A stretch of DNA of 64,000 bases from Alphaproteobacteria bacterium (GCA_964291395.2 OZ219856.1:64001-128000); one strand, 5' to 3'. Shown: positions 1 to 11,813, counted from the stretch's first letter. A program made the numbers and translations. Notes: generated from the letters alone by a model not told the origin.

Positions 1-362
1 CCGATCAGCAGCGCACGCGGGACCGGGCCGCCTGGGAGGCCTTTTTTCGGGATTGGGACGTGCTGCTGTGCCCCGTGGCGGCGACCGCCGCCATGCCGCA
101 TCAGCAGGACGTGGAACGGTTCTTCCGGACCGTCACGGTCAACGGCAGGCAGGAGAATTACAACGACCAGCTCTTCTGGGCGGGCATCAGCTGCAACGTC
201 TACCTGCCGGGAACGTCGGCGCCGGCCGGCCTGACGCCGGACGGTCTCCCGGTCGGCGTGCAGATTGTCGGTCCCCATCTGGAGGACCACACGACGATCG
301 AATTCGCACGCCTGCTTGCCGACGAGATCGGAGGCTTCGTGCCGCCGCCGGGATACGACTAG
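1..362 (+). CDS. Amidase family protein, C-terminal part (truncated by window start)
   Basis: 'DVLLCPVAATAA...LPGTSAPAGLTPDGLPVGVQIVG..LEDHTTIEFA' is the typical amidase-signature C-terminus. Confidence 0.8.
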   Translation, partial: DQQRTRDRAAWEAFFRDWDVLLCPVAATAAMPHQQDVERFFRTVTVNGRQENYNDQLFWAGISCNVYLPGTSAPAGLTPDGLPVGVQIVGPHLEDHTTIEFARLLADEIGGFVPPPGYD

Positions 363-389
363 GGAATCCGTCGCACGAGGAGAAATGGG

Positions 390-1361
390 ATGAGAGCTGC
401 CTACTATCGCCGGAAGGGCGCGGCTGCCGACGTATTGGAAGTCGGCGAAGTGGACACGCCGACGCCGGCTCCCGGCGAGGTGCGGATCCGCGTCGCGGCG
501 TCGGGCGTCAATCCGTCCGACGTGAAGAAGCGCCAGGGGATGGACTTGGAATTCCCCACCATCATTCCCCACAGCGACGGCGCCGGAGAGGTTGACGCGG
601 TCGGCGACGGGGTACCCGAGTCCCGCATCGGAGAGCGGGTCTGGACGATCAACGGCCAGTGGCGCCGGCCGCAAGGTACGGCGGCCGAGTACATCGCGAT
701 CGGATCGGATTATGCCGTTCCCCTGCCCGAAGGCACGGACGAGGCCGCCGGTGCCTGTCTCGGCATTCCCGTGCTCACGGCCTATCGGGCGCTGACTCTG
801 GATGGCGATGTCTCGGGGCAGACGCTTCTCGTGCCGGGCGGCGCGGGTGCCGTGGAACACTACGTCGTACAGATCGCGAAGTTGCAGGGTGCGACCGTGA
901 TCGCCACGGTGAGCTCGGCGGAGAAGGCGGCCCACGCCAGGGCCGGCGGGGCCGATCACACGATCGATTACAAGACCGAAAACGTGGGCGAACGGGTCCA
1001 GGAGATCACGGGAGGGCGTCGTGTCGATCGCATTGTCGAGGTCGATCTCGGCGGCAATGCGGGTCTGATCCCGGACGTCCTGCGGCCTGGGGGGACGGTC
1101 GTCGTCTACGGCTCGACGCCGCCGACCGCCCAGATCCCCGCCATGTGGTGCGTGCGCAACGACATCACCTTCCGTTTCTTCATCATGTATCAGTTGACGG
1201 ACGAGGTGCGCGCCGCCTGTGCGGCGGCGGTCAACGAGCTGTTGAAGGCCGGGTCGCTCCGGCACACGATCGCCGGGACGTATCCGCTGGCCGACATCGT
1301 CGAGGCGCACGAGGCCGTGGAAAGCGGTAAGGTGATGGGCAACGTCGTCGTCACCCTCTGA
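390..1361 (+). CDS. NADPH:quinone reductase (MDR / zeta-crystallin family)
   Basis: GVNPSD, PHSDGAG and GGAGAV motifs; ends 'GKVMGNVVV'; AGGAG RBS upstream. Confidence 0.9.
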   Translation: MRAAYYRRKGAAADVLEVGEVDTPTPAPGEVRIRVAASGVNPSDVKKRQGMDLEFPTIIPHSDGAGEVDAVGDGVPESRIGERVWTINGQWRRPQGTAAEYIAIGSDYAVPLPEGTDEAAGACLGIPVLTAYRALTLDGDVSGQTLLVPGGAGAVEHYVVQIAKLQGATVIATVSSAEKAAHARAGGADHTIDYKTENVGERVQEITGGRRVDRIVEVDLGGNAGLIPDVLRPGGTVVVYGSTPPTAQIPAMWCVRNDITFRFFIMYQLTDEVRAACAAAVNELLKAGSLRHTIAGTYPLADIVEAHEAVESGKVMGNVVVTL

Positions 1362-1380
1362 CCGGCGCCCCGGCCTCGAG

Positions 1381-2775
1381 ATGTCGATGACCGAATTGCC
1401 GGCGTTCGTATCGGCGGCGCGACGCGCGGTCCCCCTTCATCCGCTGAGCGAGGACGCCTTGCCGTCCTGGCTGGCGTCCCAACCCCCGGCGGTCAGGTCG
1501 TGGGTGAAATCCAACGGCTTCGAAGGCAGGTGCGGACAGCACCTGTTGGTCCCCGGCAGAGGCGGTGCGCCGTCATTGGCCTTGTGCGGCATGGCGGCCT
1601 CGCCGGCCTTCTGGGATTTCGCGACTCTCCCGTCATCGTTGCCGCGCGGCACTTACCGGTTGGAGAGGTCCCTCGAGGCAGGTCTCGTGACCAAGGTGGC
1701 CTTCGGATGGGCGTTGGGCGGCTATGCCTTCACGCGCTACGGCAAGGGGAAGGACGAGACGTGCGCCCGCCTGGTGTGGCCGTCGGGCGCGGACCGCTCC
1801 GGAATCCTGCGAACGTACGGCGCGGTCGCGCTTGTGCGCGACCTGATCAATACGCCCGCCGCCGATCTCGGACCCGCAGAACTGGCCGCGGAGGCCAAAC
1901 GGGTCGCGCGGGCGGGCGGCGCGAGATGCCGGGTCATCGTCGGCGACGCGTTGCTCGAGCGGAACTACCCCATGATCCACGCCGTGGGCCGGGCGAGCGA
2001 CCGGGCGCCCCGCTTGATCGACGTGCGATGGGGGTCGGCGAGACACCCGAAGGTCACGATCGTGGGCAAGGGCGTTTGCTTCGATTCCGGCGGCCTCGAT
2101 CTGAAGCCGGCGTCCGGCATGGCCTTGATGAAGAAGGACATGGGAGGTGCCGCCGCGGCGCTGGGGCTCGCGCAGATGATCATGGACGCCGGGCTCAGGG
2201 TTCGTCTGCGCGTCATGATCCCGGCGGTCGAGAACAGCGTCTCGGGCAACAGCTTCCGTCCCGGCGACGTGCTTGCGAGCCGCAAGGGCGTGACCGTGGA
2301 GATCGGCAACACGGACGCCGAGGGGCGCCTCATCCTGGCGGACGCCCTGGCCGAAGCCGATCGCGAGAAACCCGAGCTGCTGTTCGATTTCGCGACGTTG
2401 ACCGGTGCCGCCCGCATCGCTCTCGGACCCGATCTCGCCGCGTTGTACACGCACGATGACGGGCTTGCCCGGGATCTCGCCCGCTTCGGCGCGTCGGTTT
2501 CCGATCCGGTGTGGCGCATGCCTCTCTGGCGGCCCTACGTGTGCATGATCCGCGGGCGGGTCGCCGATATCAGCAATGCCGGCGAGGACCGGATGGCGGG
2601 GTCGATCACCGCGGCGCTGTTTCTGGACCGCTTCGTCGAGCACGCGGGCGCCTGGGCGCACTTCGACATCTATGGCTGGAACCGCCGCTCCCGCCCCGGG
2701 CGTCCCGAGGGCGGCGAGGCTCACGCCATGCGCGCCGTGTACGCCCTGATCGCCGATCGCTATCCCGCTGCGTGA
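1381..2775 (+). CDS. M17 leucyl aminopeptidase family protein
   Basis: VGKGVCFDSGG, MKKDMGG and NTDAEGRL metal-binding motifs. Confidence 0.95.
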   Translation: MSMTELPAFVSAARRAVPLHPLSEDALPSWLASQPPAVRSWVKSNGFEGRCGQHLLVPGRGGAPSLALCGMAASPAFWDFATLPSSLPRGTYRLERSLEAGLVTKVAFGWALGGYAFTRYGKGKDETCARLVWPSGADRSGILRTYGAVALVRDLINTPAADLGPAELAAEAKRVARAGGARCRVIVGDALLERNYPMIHAVGRASDRAPRLIDVRWGSARHPKVTIVGKGVCFDSGGLDLKPASGMALMKKDMGGAAAALGLAQMIMDAGLRVRLRVMIPAVENSVSGNSFRPGDVLASRKGVTVEIGNTDAEGRLILADALAEADREKPELLFDFATLTGAARIALGPDLAALYTHDDGLARDLARFGASVSDPVWRMPLWRPYVCMIRGRVADISNAGEDRMAGSITAALFLDRFVEHAGAWAHFDIYGWNRRSRPGRPEGGEAHAMRAVYALIADRYPAA

Positions 2776-2812
2776 CCGTTTCGTTTCGGCCTCTTTGTCT
2801 GCCTCGGCCGGG

Positions 2813-4450
2813 CTAAGCCCGCACCGTGCCCGACTCGTCCGCCGCCAGGTCGAAGGCGGCGGCCATCAGCGCCTTCGTATAGGCGGTTTGGGGATCCTCG
2901 AACACCCGGTCCGCCGGCCCCTGCTCGACGACCTTGCCGTCGCGCATCACGATGATCTCGTCGGCGAGGGCGCGAACCACCTTCAGATCGTGGCTGATGA
3001 ACAGGTAGGCCAGATCGTGGCGCTCCTGCAGGTCGCGCAGCAGGTCCACGATCTGGGCCTGCACCGAGCGGTCGAGCGCCGACGTCGGTTCGTCCAGCAC
3101 CACGAAACGCGGTTTCAGCACCATGGCGCGGGCGATGGCGATGCGCTGACGCTGGCCGCCCGAGAACTCGTGCGGATAGCGGTCCTGCATGTCGGGGTCG
3201 AGCCCCACTTCCCGGAGCGCCTCGCCGATGATCCGGCGGCGCTCCTCGTAGGTGCCGCCGAGACCGTGCACCAGCAGGCCTTCCTCGACGATCTGCCCGG
3301 CGGACAGCCGCGGGCTGAGGCTGGCGAAGGGGTCCTGGAAGACGATCTGCATCTCCCGGCGCAGCGGCCGCAGGTCCTTGAATCCCCGGCCCTGGATCGC
3401 CTGGCCGTCGAAACGGATGGCGCCCCCGCTCTTGATCAGCCGCAGCAGCGCGAGGCCCAGGGTGGTCTTGCCCGAGCCCGATTCGCCGACGACGCCCACC
3501 GTGTGCCGCTCGCGCACGTTGAGGGAGACGCCGTCGACCGCGCGGACGTGATCGACGGTGCGCCGGAAGACGCCGGCCTTGATCGGGAAGTGGACCTTGA
3601 CGCCGTCCCCGGTCACGACCTCGGGCGCATCGGGCGGCGGCCTGCTCTTGCGGCCGCTCGGCTCCGCCGAAATCAGCATCCGCGTGTACGCGTGTCGGGG
3701 ACTTCCGAACACCAATCGGGTGTCGCCCGTCTCCACCAGCTCTCCGTCCGACATGACGCAGATCCGGTCGGCCATGTGCTCGACGATGCCGAGATCATGG
3801 GTGATCAGCAGGATCGCCATGCCGAGGCGTTCCTGGAGGCTGCGGAGCAGGGCCAGGACCTGCGCCTGGACCGTCACGTCGAGCGCCGTGGTCGGCTCGT
3901 CGGCGATCAGCAGCTCCGGCTCGTTGGCCAATGCCATGGCGATCATGACGCGCTGGCGCTGGCCTCCCGAGAGTTGATGGGGGTAGGCGTCGAGCCGCTG
4001 TTCCGCGTTCTGCAGGCCGACGAGCCGCAGCAGCTCCAGCGTGCGCGTGCGCGCCGCTTGAGCCTCCATTCCCCGATGGACGGACAGGACCTCGTTGATC
4101 TGGCGTTCGATCGTCTGCAGCGGATTGAGCGACGTCATCGGCTCCTGGAAGATCATGGAGATGCGGTTGCCGCGGATGCTCCGCAACACGGGCTCCGCCG
4201 CGCCGACGACCTCCTCGCCGTCGACCCTGATGGAGCCCGTCGGATGGGATGCCTTGGGATAGGGCAAGAGCTGGAGCACCGAGAGCGCGGTGACCGACTT
4301 GCCGGAACCGGACTCGCCGACGAGCGCCAGCGTCTCGCCTCGGTCGATGTCGAACGAGACACCGCGGACCGCGGGGATCTCCCGGTCCTCCACGCGGAAG
4401 GTGACGGACAGGTCCTCGACCTCGAGGAAAGGGGTCGCGCGGCCGGTCAT
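2813..4450 (-). CDS. yejF: Peptide ABC transporter fused double ATPase (YejF-like)
   Basis: Two Walker A motifs (GESGSGKS/T), LSGGQRQR signatures, operon context; start MTGRATPFL overlaps the upstream stop. Confidence 0.88.
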   Translation of the reverse strand: MTGRATPFLEVEDLSVTFRVEDREIPAVRGVSFDIDRGETLALVGESGSGKSVTALSVLQLLPYPKASHPTGSIRVDGEEVVGAAEPVLRSIRGNRISMIFQEPMTSLNPLQTIERQINEVLSVHRGMEAQAARTRTLELLRLVGLQNAEQRLDAYPHQLSGGQRQRVMIAMALANEPELLIADEPTTALDVTVQAQVLALLRSLQERLGMAILLITHDLGIVEHMADRICVMSDGELVETGDTRLVFGSPRHAYTRMLISAEPSGRKSRPPPDAPEVVTGDGVKVHFPIKAGVFRRTVDHVRAVDGVSLNVRERHTVGVVGESGSGKTTLGLALLRLIKSGGAIRFDGQAIQGRGFKDLRPLRREMQIVFQDPFASLSPRLSAGQIVEEGLLVHGLGGTYEERRRIIGEALREVGLDPDMQDRYPHEFSGGQRQRIAIARAMVLKPRFVVLDEPTSALDRSVQAQIVDLLRDLQERHDLAYLFISHDLKVVRALADEIIVMRDGKVVEQGPADRVFEDPQTAYTKALMAAAFDLAADESGTVRA

Positions 4451-5511
4451 CCGACGGTCTTTCTTGGATCGAAGGCGTCGCGAATCGCCTCGCCGACGAA
4501 CACCAGCAGGGTCAGGGTGCAGGCGATGACGACGAAACCCGAAATGCCGAGCCACGGGGCCTGCAGGTTGGCCTTGCCCTGGGCCAGGAGCTCGCCGAGG
4601 GACGGGGAACCCGGCGGCAGCCCGAACCCCAGGAAATCGAGCGACGTCAGCGTGGTGATCGAACCGTTGAGGATGAACGGCAGGAACGTGACCGTGGCGA
4701 CCATGGCGTTGGGCAGCAGGTGCTTGAACATGATGGTGGCGTTGTCGACGCCGAGCGCCCGCGCCGCCTGCACGTACTCGAAATTGCGCGCGCGCAGGAA
4801 CTCGGCGCGCACCACGCCGACGAGCGCCATCCAGCTGAACAGGAGCATCAGGGTGAGCAGGGTCCAGAATCCGGGTTCGATGACCGACGCGAGGATGATC
4901 AGGAGGAACAGCACCGGCATGCCGCCCCAGATCTCCATGAAACGCTGGAACAGCAGGTCGAGCCAGCCGCCGAAATAGCCCTGCACGGCCCCCGCCATGA
5001 CGCCGATGACGGAGCTGAAGGCGGTCAGCACCAGCCCGAACAGGACGGAGATGCGGAACCCGTAGATCACGCGGGCGACGACGTCACGGCCCTGGTCGTC
5101 GGTGCCGAGCCAGTTCTCGGCCGAGGGCGGCGCGGGCGCGGGAACGGGCAGATCGTAGTTGATGGTGTTGAAGCTGTAGCGGATCGGCGGCCACACGATC
5201 CATCCTTTCGCTTCGATGAGCTCCGTCACGAAGGGGTCCCGATAATCGGCCTCCGTCTCGAAATCGCCGCCGAACTTCGTTTCCGGATAGGCCGCGACGA
5301 TCGGCATCAGGAGCTCGCCCTCGTAGGCGACGAGGACCGGCTTGTCGTTGGCGATGAACTCGGCGAAGAGGCTCAGGACGAAGAGCGCCGCGAAGATCCA
5401 GAAGGACCAGTAGCCGCGCCTGTTGGCGCGGAAGTTCTGCAGACGCCGCCGGGTCAGCGGCGTGATGCGGAGCCCCAGGAAACGGTCCTGGCTCGGGATC
5501 TGCGGCCGCAT
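4447..5511 (-). CDS. yejE: Peptide ABC transporter permease (YejE-like)
   Basis: 'NFRANRRGYWS','LGTDDQGRDV','YVQAARALG'; ATG at 5511 overlaps the yejB stop. Confidence 0.88.
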   Translation of the reverse strand: MRPQIPSQDRFLGLRITPLTRRRLQNFRANRRGYWSFWIFAALFVLSLFAEFIANDKPVLVAYEGELLMPIVAAYPETKFGGDFETEADYRDPFVTELIEAKGWIVWPPIRYSFNTINYDLPVPAPAPPSAENWLGTDDQGRDVVARVIYGFRISVLFGLVLTAFSSVIGVMAGAVQGYFGGWLDLLFQRFMEIWGGMPVLFLLIILASVIEPGFWTLLTLMLLFSWMALVGVVRAEFLRARNFEYVQAARALGVDNATIMFKHLLPNAMVATVTFLPFILNGSITTLTSLDFLGFGLPPGSPSLGELLAQGKANLQAPWLGISGFVVIACTLTLLVFVGEAIRDAFDPRKTVG

Positions 5512-6623
5512 CAGGCCACGTCCCGCCGTTCGAAATCGATCCGTGGATCGATGACGACGTACATCAGATCGCCCAGCAGATTGAGGACGAGGCCGAGCAG
5601 GGTGAAGACGTAGAGCGTGCCGAACATCACCGGATAGTCGCGGTTGATGACCGCTTCGAAGCCCAGCAGGCCCAGCCCGTCGAGCGAGAAGATGATCTCG
5701 ATGAGCAGGTTCCCGGTGAACAGGATGCCGACGAAGGCCGACGGAAAGCCCGCGACCACGATCAGCATGGCGTTGCGGAACACGTGGCCGTAGAGCACGC
5801 GGCCCTCGGTCAGGCCCTTGGCCCGCGCCGTGAGCACGTACTGCTTGTTGACCTCCTCGATGAAGGAGTTCTTGGTCAGCATGGTGAGCGTGGCGAAGCC
5901 GCCGATCACCATGGAGATGACCGGCAGCGTGATGTGCCAGAAGTAGTCGGCGATGCGGTCGGGCCAGCTCAGGTCCGACCAGTTCTCCGAGACCAGGCCG
6001 CGCAGGGGGAAGATGTCCCAGAAGCTGCCGCCCGCGAACAGCACCACCAGCAGCACCGCGAACAGGAAGTTCGGGATGGCGTAGCCCACGATGATGGTCG
6101 CGCTGGTCCAGATGTCGAAGCGGGTGCCGTCGCGCACCGCCTTGGCGACGCCGAGCGGGATGGAGATGAAGTAGACGAGCAGCGTCGTCCAGATGCCGAG
6201 CGAGATGGACACCGGCATCTTGTCGACGACCAGGTCGACGACGGAGCGGTCGCGGAAGAACGAGTCGCCGAAGTCGAAGCGCAGATAGTTGCCGATCATC
6301 TGGAAGAGCCGCACGTGCGCCGGCTTGTCGAAGCCGTAGAGCTTCTCGATCTCCTTGATGAACTCCGGGTCGAGCCCGCGGGCGCCCCGGTACTTGCTGG
6401 CGAGGGACGCGTCTCCGGCCTGTGCCGCCTGCGCCTGCCGGGTCTCTCCGAGGTCGGCGCCGCCGATGCGCGCCGTCGCGTCGACCGCCGTGCCGCTGAT
6501 CTGGGCGATCAGCTGCTCCACCGGTCCGCCGGGCGCGGCCTGCACGATGAGGAAGTTGATGACCATGATCCCGAGCAGCGTCGGGACCATGAGCAGGACG
6601 CGCCGAACGACGTAGGCGAGCAC
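5511..6623 (-). CDS. yejB: Peptide ABC transporter permease (YejB-like)
   Basis: 'APGGPVEQ','[12 protein letters not shown]','TARAKGL','DPRIDF'. Confidence 0.9.
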   Translation of the reverse strand: MLAYVVRRVLLMVPTLLGIMVINFLIVQAAPGGPVEQLIAQISGTAVDATARIGGADLGETRQAQAAQAGDASLASKYRGARGLDPEFIKEIEKLYGFDKPAHVRLFQMIGNYLRFDFGDSFFRDRSVVDLVVDKMPVSISLGIWTTLLVYFISIPLGVAKAVRDGTRFDIWTSATIIVGYAIPNFLFAVLLVVLFAGGSFWDIFPLRGLVSENWSDLSWPDRIADYFWHITLPVISMVIGGFATLTMLTKNSFIEEVNKQYVLTARAKGLTEGRVLYGHVFRNAMLIVVAGFPSAFVGILFTGNLLIEIIFSLDGLGLLGFEAVINRDYPVMFGTLYVFTLLGLVLNLLGDLMYVVIDPRIDFERRDVA

Positions 6624-6634
6624 CGCGGCGCGTC

Positions 6635-8575
6635 CTACCGGTTCGCGGCGCGCCGGGCTTCAAGGTCGGCGGCCTTGCCGGGATCGATCCACCAGGTGTC
6701 GAGGAAGCCGAAGTTGTTGTCGTACTTGGGAGCGGTCCCGGGGCGTCCGAACTTGTCCCAGTGGGCGACGTTGTGAGCGGGATTGAACCACTGGGGAATG
6801 ACGTAGCGGTTCCACAGCAGCACGCGGTCGAGGGCGCGGGCCGCCGTCTCCAGGGCTGCGCGGTCCGGCGCGTCGGCGATCTTCTCGATCAGCGCGTCGA
6901 CGGCGGGATCGGCGATGCCGGCGTAGTTGATGCTTCCGGGGCTGCGGGCCGCCTCGGACCCCCAGAAGTTCCGCTCCCCCACGCCGGGCGTCGGAGAGGT
7001 GCCGAATGCCGCCGTGGTGACGTCGAAATCGAACTCCTGCATGCGATTGGCGTATTGCGCGGAGTCGACGATGCGGATCGCGGCCTCGATGCCGAGGCGC
7101 TCGAGGTTGCGGACAAGCGGCGCGTACACCCGTTCGAACGTGGGCGAGAAGGTCAGGAACTCGATTCTGACGGACCGGCCCGACGGGCTCCGCAGCGTCC
7201 CGTCTTTCACCGAGTATCCGGCCTCGCCGAGCAGCCGCTGCGCCGCGCGGAGGTTGCGCCGGACGTTTCCCGAGCCGTCGGTCGCCGGGGGCTCGAAAAC
7301 CCGGGTGAAGGCCTCGGCCGGCAGCCTGTCGCGGTACGGTTCCAGCAGCGCCGCCTCGCCGGGGGCGGGAAGGCTGCGCGCGGCCATCGGCGTGTTCTGG
7401 TAGAGGCTCTTGGTCCGGGTATAGAGCCCGTAGAAGATGTTCTTGTTCGTCCATTCGAAATCGAAGGCCAGATCGAAGGCGGCGCGGACGCGCGGGTCCT
7501 TGAATATCTCGCGGCGCTGGTTGAGGACGAAGAACTGCCGGTTGGCGGGCGACTCGTCGGGGATCGATTCCCGCTTCACCAGACCCTCCCGGATGGCAGG
7601 GAAATCGTAGGCCGTGGCCCACATTTTCGAGGTGAATTCCTCGCGGAAGTCGTATTCGCCGGCCTTGAAGGCCTCGAGGGCGATGTTGCGGTCGCGGTAG
7701 AAGTCGAACCGGATGGTGCCGTAGTTGAAGCGCCCCCGGTTCACCGGCAGGTCCCTGGCCCAGTAGTCGGCCACCCGCTCGTAGACGATGGTCCGGCCCT
7801 GGTCGGCCCGGACGATGCGGTAGGGTCCGCTGCCGAGCGGCGGATCGAGGGTGGTCCTGTCGAACTCGCGCGTCTCGTAGTAGGCCCTGGAGAGGATCGG
7901 GATGCCGGCCACCGTCAGCGGCAGGTCGCGGGTCACCGCGCCCTCGCGAAACGCGAACCGCACCTCGTGCGGGCCTTCGGCGACCGCCGATTCGACGTCC
8001 CGCAGCACGATCCGGAAGCTCGGCGCCCCCTTGGATTTCAGGATCTCGAACGAGAACACGACGTCCTCGGCCGTCAACGGGGATCCGTCGTTGAACCGCG
8101 CCTCGGGCCGCAGGCGGAACGACGCCCCGGACCGGTCGGGCGCCACCTCGGCGCTCTCGGCGACGAGGCCGTACACGGCGTCGGGCTCGTCGCCCGCGGA
8201 CGTCATCAGCGTGTCGAAGGGCAGCCCTGAGATCGCCACGGCCCCGGTTCCGCGGAGCCGTATGCCCTTGAGAATGAACGGATTGAGGTTGTCGAAGGAT
8301 CCCAGGTCGCGAAGCCGGACCTCGCCCCCCTTCGGGGCCTCCGGGTCGACGTAGTCGAAGTGCGGAAAATCCGGCGGATACTTCAGGTCGCCGAACGACG
8401 ACAGCCCGTGGCGGGGCTCCGCGAGGGCGGCCCCGGCCGCCCCGACCGCCCCGGCCGCCCCGACCGCCAAGCCCAGGTGAATGGCGGCGACGGCCCCGAA
8501 AGCCCTGGATATCGACCGCGACCCGATCACCCGCGGATGATAGCAGAGACCTCCGCCCGGCAGGAGCGCCGTCAC
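6635..8575 (-). CDS. yejA: Extracellular solute-binding protein, family 5 (YejA-like), copy 2; start uncertain (8575 or 8530)
   Basis: '[21 protein letters not shown]','FDFEWTNKN','ALDRVLLW'; GTGA overlap with the upstream paralog. Confidence 0.85.
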   Translation of the reverse strand: MTALLPGGGLCYHPRVIGSRSISRAFGAVAAIHLGLAVGAAGAVGAAGAALAEPRHGLSSFGDLKYPPDFPHFDYVDPEAPKGGEVRLRDLGSFDNLNPFILKGIRLRGTGAVAISGLPFDTLMTSAGDEPDAVYGLVAESAEVAPDRSGASFRLRPEARFNDGSPLTAEDVVFSFEILKSKGAPSFRIVLRDVESAVAEGPHEVRFAFREGAVTRDLPLTVAGIPILSRAYYETREFDRTTLDPPLGSGPYRIVRADQGRTIVYERVADYWARDLPVNRGRFNYGTIRFDFYRDRNIALEAFKAGEYDFREEFTSKMWATAYDFPAIREGLVKRESIPDESPANRQFFVLNQRREIFKDPRVRAAFDLAFDFEWTNKNIFYGLYTRTKSLYQNTPMAARSLPAPGEAALLEPYRDRLPAEAFTRVFEPPATDGSGNVRRNLRAAQRLLGEAGYSVKDGTLRSPSGRSVRIEFLTFSPTFERVYAPLVRNLERLGIEAAIRIVDSAQYANRMQEFDFDVTTAAFGTSPTPGVGERNFWGSEAARSPGSINYAGIADPAVDALIEKIADAPDRAALETAARALDRVLLWNRYVIPQWFNPAHNVAHWDKFGRPGTAPKYDNNFGFLDTWWIDPGKAADLEARRAANR

Positions 8576-10413
8576 CGGGACTCGGCGGCCGTCCGGCGTT
8601 TCAGGTCGGCGTCCTTTTCGGCGTCGATCCACCAGGTGAACAGGCCGAGGCCGTGCTTGGGCGTGATCTCCGGACGCGAGAACCGGTTCCAGTAGGCGAC
8701 CCGGTACACCCGCGTGTGCCATTGGGGGATCACGTAGTGGTTCCACAGCAGCACCCGGTCCATGGCCCGCGTCGCGGCGACCAGGGACCCGCGGTCGGGC
8801 GCCTTTATGATCTCGTCGATGAGGGCGTCGACCACCGGGTTCTTGATGCCGATGACGTTGCGGCTTCCCGGGATGTCCGCGTTCGCCGAGGCCCACCAGT
8901 CCCGCTGCTCGTTGCCCGGCGAAGACGACTGGGGAAACGACTGCACGGACATGTCGAAGTCGAACCCGTCGATCCGGTTCTGGTACTGGGCCGTGTCGAC
9001 CGTCCGGACGCGCGTCTCGATCCCGAGCCTCTTCAGGTTGCGGGCGAAGGGCAGCACGATCCGTTCGAATCCCGGGTTGATGAGCAGGATCTCGAATTCC
9101 ATGACCTGGCCGTCGGCGCCGTTCGTCAATCTGCCGTCCCGGATCGTCCAGCCCGCCTCCTTCAGAAGCCGCTGCGCCTTCCTCAGGTTCGCGCGGGCGT
9201 TGCCCGAGCCGTCGGTCTCCGGCGGCTCGTAGGCCGTCGTGAACACTTCCTCGGGAACCTGGCCGCGAAAGGGTTCCAGATAGCGAAGCTCCGCCTCGCT
9301 TGGCGGACCCGACGAGGTGAGTTCCGAGTTGGAGAAGAAGCTCCTGGTGCGCGTGTACTGCCCGTGGAAGAGGTTCTTGTTGGCCCATTCGAAATCGAAG
9401 GCATGGGACAGCGCCTCCCGCACCCGCCGATCCCGGAACCGCTCCCGCCGGATGTTGAAGGCGAACGCCTGCATCCCCGTCGGATTCTCGTGCTCGATCT
9501 CCTCCGTGACGATCAGTCCTTCGCGGACCGGTGGAGCGTCGTAGCCGGTCGCCCAGACCTTGGCCGTGCTCTCCTGGCGGAAGTCGTACTCGTTCGATTT
9601 GAACGCCTCGAGGGCAACGGTCTGGTCGCGGTAATAGTCGTAGCGGATGCCGTCGAAGTTGTAGTGGCCGCGGTTGACCGGAAGGTCGGCGCTCCAATGG
9701 TCCTCGACGCGCTCGTACGTGATCGACCGTCCCGGGTCGACGTCCACGACGCGGTAGGGCCCGCTGCCCATGATGGGGTCGAGGGTCGTCTCCTCGAAGT
9801 TCCGGTTCTCGAACGCCGCCCTGGGCAGCACCGTCAGTTGGCCCACGATCTGGGGCAGCTCCCGGTTGAGCCCGCCGGCGAAGGTGAATTTCACGGTCCG
9901 CGGCCCCGTGGCCTCGGCGGTCGCGACGTTCGCGTAGTAGGCCCGGTAGAACGGATGCCCCTTGGACTTCAGGGTCTCGAAGGAGAAGATGACGTCGTCC
10001 ACCGTGATCGGCGAGCCGTCGTGCCAGCGGGCCTCCGGCCGCAGGGTATAGGCGGCCCAGCCCAGGTCGTCGGGAATCTCGACGCTCTCCGCGACCAGGC
10101 CGTACGCGGAATCCGCCTCGTCCTCCGACGAGGTCATGAGGGACTCGAAGGTCAGCCCCAGGCCGGCGGCGCCGCGGCCCTTGAGGATGAAGGGGTTGAG
10201 GCTGTCGAACGAGCCGATGGCGGAGAGGCGTATGTCGCCGCCCTTCGGCGCCTCCGGGTCGGCGTAGTCGAAGTGCCCGAAGCCGGCCGGGTACTTCGGC
10301 TCCCCGAGCAGCGAAGTGCCGTGCACGACCTTGGTTTGGGTGTTGCCGACGGCGCTCGGCGCGAGCATGGCCGCCGCGAGCAGGGTCATGGCCAGACGGT
10401 TCGCCATGGTCAC
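8572..10413 (-). CDS. yejA: Extracellular solute-binding protein, family 5 (YejA-like), copy 1
   Basis: Signal peptide; '[21 protein letters not shown]','SPGNEQRDWW'. Confidence 0.88.
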   Translation of the reverse strand: MTMANRLAMTLLAAAMLAPSAVGNTQTKVVHGTSLLGEPKYPAGFGHFDYADPEAPKGGDIRLSAIGSFDSLNPFILKGRGAAGLGLTFESLMTSSEDEADSAYGLVAESVEIPDDLGWAAYTLRPEARWHDGSPITVDDVIFSFETLKSKGHPFYRAYYANVATAEATGPRTVKFTFAGGLNRELPQIVGQLTVLPRAAFENRNFEETTLDPIMGSGPYRVVDVDPGRSITYERVEDHWSADLPVNRGHYNFDGIRYDYYRDQTVALEAFKSNEYDFRQESTAKVWATGYDAPPVREGLIVTEEIEHENPTGMQAFAFNIRRERFRDRRVREALSHAFDFEWANKNLFHGQYTRTRSFFSNSELTSSGPPSEAELRYLEPFRGQVPEEVFTTAYEPPETDGSGNARANLRKAQRLLKEAGWTIRDGRLTNGADGQVMEFEILLINPGFERIVLPFARNLKRLGIETRVRTVDTAQYQNRIDGFDFDMSVQSFPQSSSPGNEQRDWWASANADIPGSRNVIGIKNPVVDALIDEIIKAPDRGSLVAATRAMDRVLLWNHYVIPQWHTRVYRVAYWNRFSRPEITPKHGLGLFTWWIDAEKDADLKRRTAAESR

Positions 10414-10414
10414 C

Positions 10415-11197
10415 TCATCCGGTAAGCCGGGAGACCGCCGCCCGATGCAGTTCTGCGCTGCCGGCGGCGACCACGCGGGTGTCCGTCCCGAGCGTCACCG
10501 GCGCGCCCTGCCAGTTCGTCATCACGCCGCCGGCGCTCTCGACCACGGGCACCAGCGCGCAATAGTCGTGGTCTTTCAGGCGGCACTCGATGGCGATGTC
10601 GGCGTGTCCGGCGGCGACCAGTCCGAAGGCATAGCAATCCGCGCCGTAGCGGACGAGGCCGGCGTCGCCGCGCAGCCGGTCGAGCGCCTCGAGGTCGTCG
10701 CGCTCGTAGAGGTCCGGCGACGTGGTGAAGAGCACGGCGTTCGTCAGGTCGACCCCGCCGCGGCAGGCCGCCCGGCCCTCGTTGAACGTGCACGGATGCC
10801 CGCCGCCGCCGGCCCAGCGCTCCCCGCTCACCGCCTGGTCGATCACGCCGAACAGGGGCCTGCCCCCGCGGGCGAGCCCGATCAGGGTGCCGAAGACGGG
10901 AACGCCCGCGATGAAGGCCTTGGTGCCGTCGATGGGGTCGAGGTACCAGACGTGCTCGGCGTCGCCGCGGGCGGTGCCGAACTCCTCGCCGGAAATGCCG
11001 TGGTCCGGCACCGCCTCTTCCAGGATGTCCCGCATGGCCCGCTCGGCGGCGCGGTCCGCCTCGGTGACGGGCGTCGAGTCCGCCTTGGTGGCGATGTCGT
11101 AGGACCGGCGGAAATACGCGCGCACGATTTCGCCGGCGGCGTCCGCCAGTCTGTGGGCCAGTTCCACGTATGCAGCGGGACAGCGGTCGGTCACCAC
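10415..11197 (-). CDS. hisN: Histidinol-phosphatase, inositol monophosphatase family
   Basis: 'KADSTPVTEADR','GEEFG','LDPIDGTKAF','GADCY'. Confidence 0.85.
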   Translation of the reverse strand: MVTDRCPAAYVELAHRLADAAGEIVRAYFRRSYDIATKADSTPVTEADRAAERAMRDILEEAVPDHGISGEEFGTARGDAEHVWYLDPIDGTKAFIAGVPVFGTLIGLARGGRPLFGVIDQAVSGERWAGGGGHPCTFNEGRAACRGGVDLTNAVLFTTSPDLYERDDLEALDRLRGDAGLVRYGADCYAFGLVAAGHADIAIECRLKDHDYCALVPVVESAGGVMTNWQGAPVTLGTDTRVVAAGSAELHRAAVSRLTG

Positions 11198-11270
11198 GAC
11201 TCCAGGTCAAGCACGTCGCGCCGCGTGGGCGCAGGCGGCGCCACGCATCGGGATCGTCGTCGAGAGTAGC

Positions 11271-11813
11271 CTATTCGCTGGGCAGTGGCTGCGGCGAATC
11301 GCTCAAGGTGCGCAGGTAGGCGATCACGTTGGCGCGGTCCGTGGGCTTCCTGAGCCCGGGGAACGCCATCTTGTTGCCCGGCATGTAGGTTCTGGGCTTG
11401 GTCAGGAACTCGTCGAGGCCCGCGAAGCTCCAGGTGCCCTCGGCCTTCTTCATCGAGGACGAGTAGGAGAACCCTCCCACGGTCGCCATGTCGCGGCCGA
11501 TGACGTTCCAGAGATTCGGTCCGACCTTGTTCTTCCCGCCCTGCTCGAAGGTGTGGCAGATCGCGCATTTCTTGGCCACCTTCATGCCCCTCTCCACGTC
11601 CGCGGCGGCCAGCAGCGCGGCCAGCGAGGGGCCTTCTTCCTCGGCCGCGGCGGCCGCCTCCGGGGCGGCGGCGTCCACTCCGGGAACGGGATAGGCGACC
11701 GACTCGAGGACGCGCGGGCTGACCGCGACGTTGCCGACGACGTTGAGGACGTAGAGTACCAGCAGGGTGGCGAGAATTCCGCCGGCGATCTTGTTGATTT
11801 CGAAGGTGTCCAT
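11271..11813 (-). CDS. Membrane-anchored cytochrome c (CycM-like)
   Basis: N-terminal 'MDTFEINKIAG' TM anchor, CAICH heme motif, 'PGNKMAF'; divergent from kdsB. Confidence 0.92.
   Translation of the reverse strand: MDTFEINKIAGGILATLLVLYVLNVVGNVAVSPRVLESVAYPVPGVDAAAPEAAAAAEEEGPSLAALLAAADVERGMKVAKKCAICHTFEQGGKNKVGPNLWNVIGRDMATVGGFSYSSSMKKAEGTWSFAGLDEFLTKPRTYMPGNKMAFPGLRKPTDRANVIAYLRTLSDSPQPLPSE

Noticed and set aside
8429-8469. 18-bp tandem repeat (GAAGAV x2) in the yejA signal region
   Set aside because: Low-complexity Ala/Gly signal-peptide slippage with no sign of function
6635-10413. Tandem yejA duplication as a novelty
   Set aside because: Two binding-protein genes in yej-type operons are common in Alphaproteobacteria
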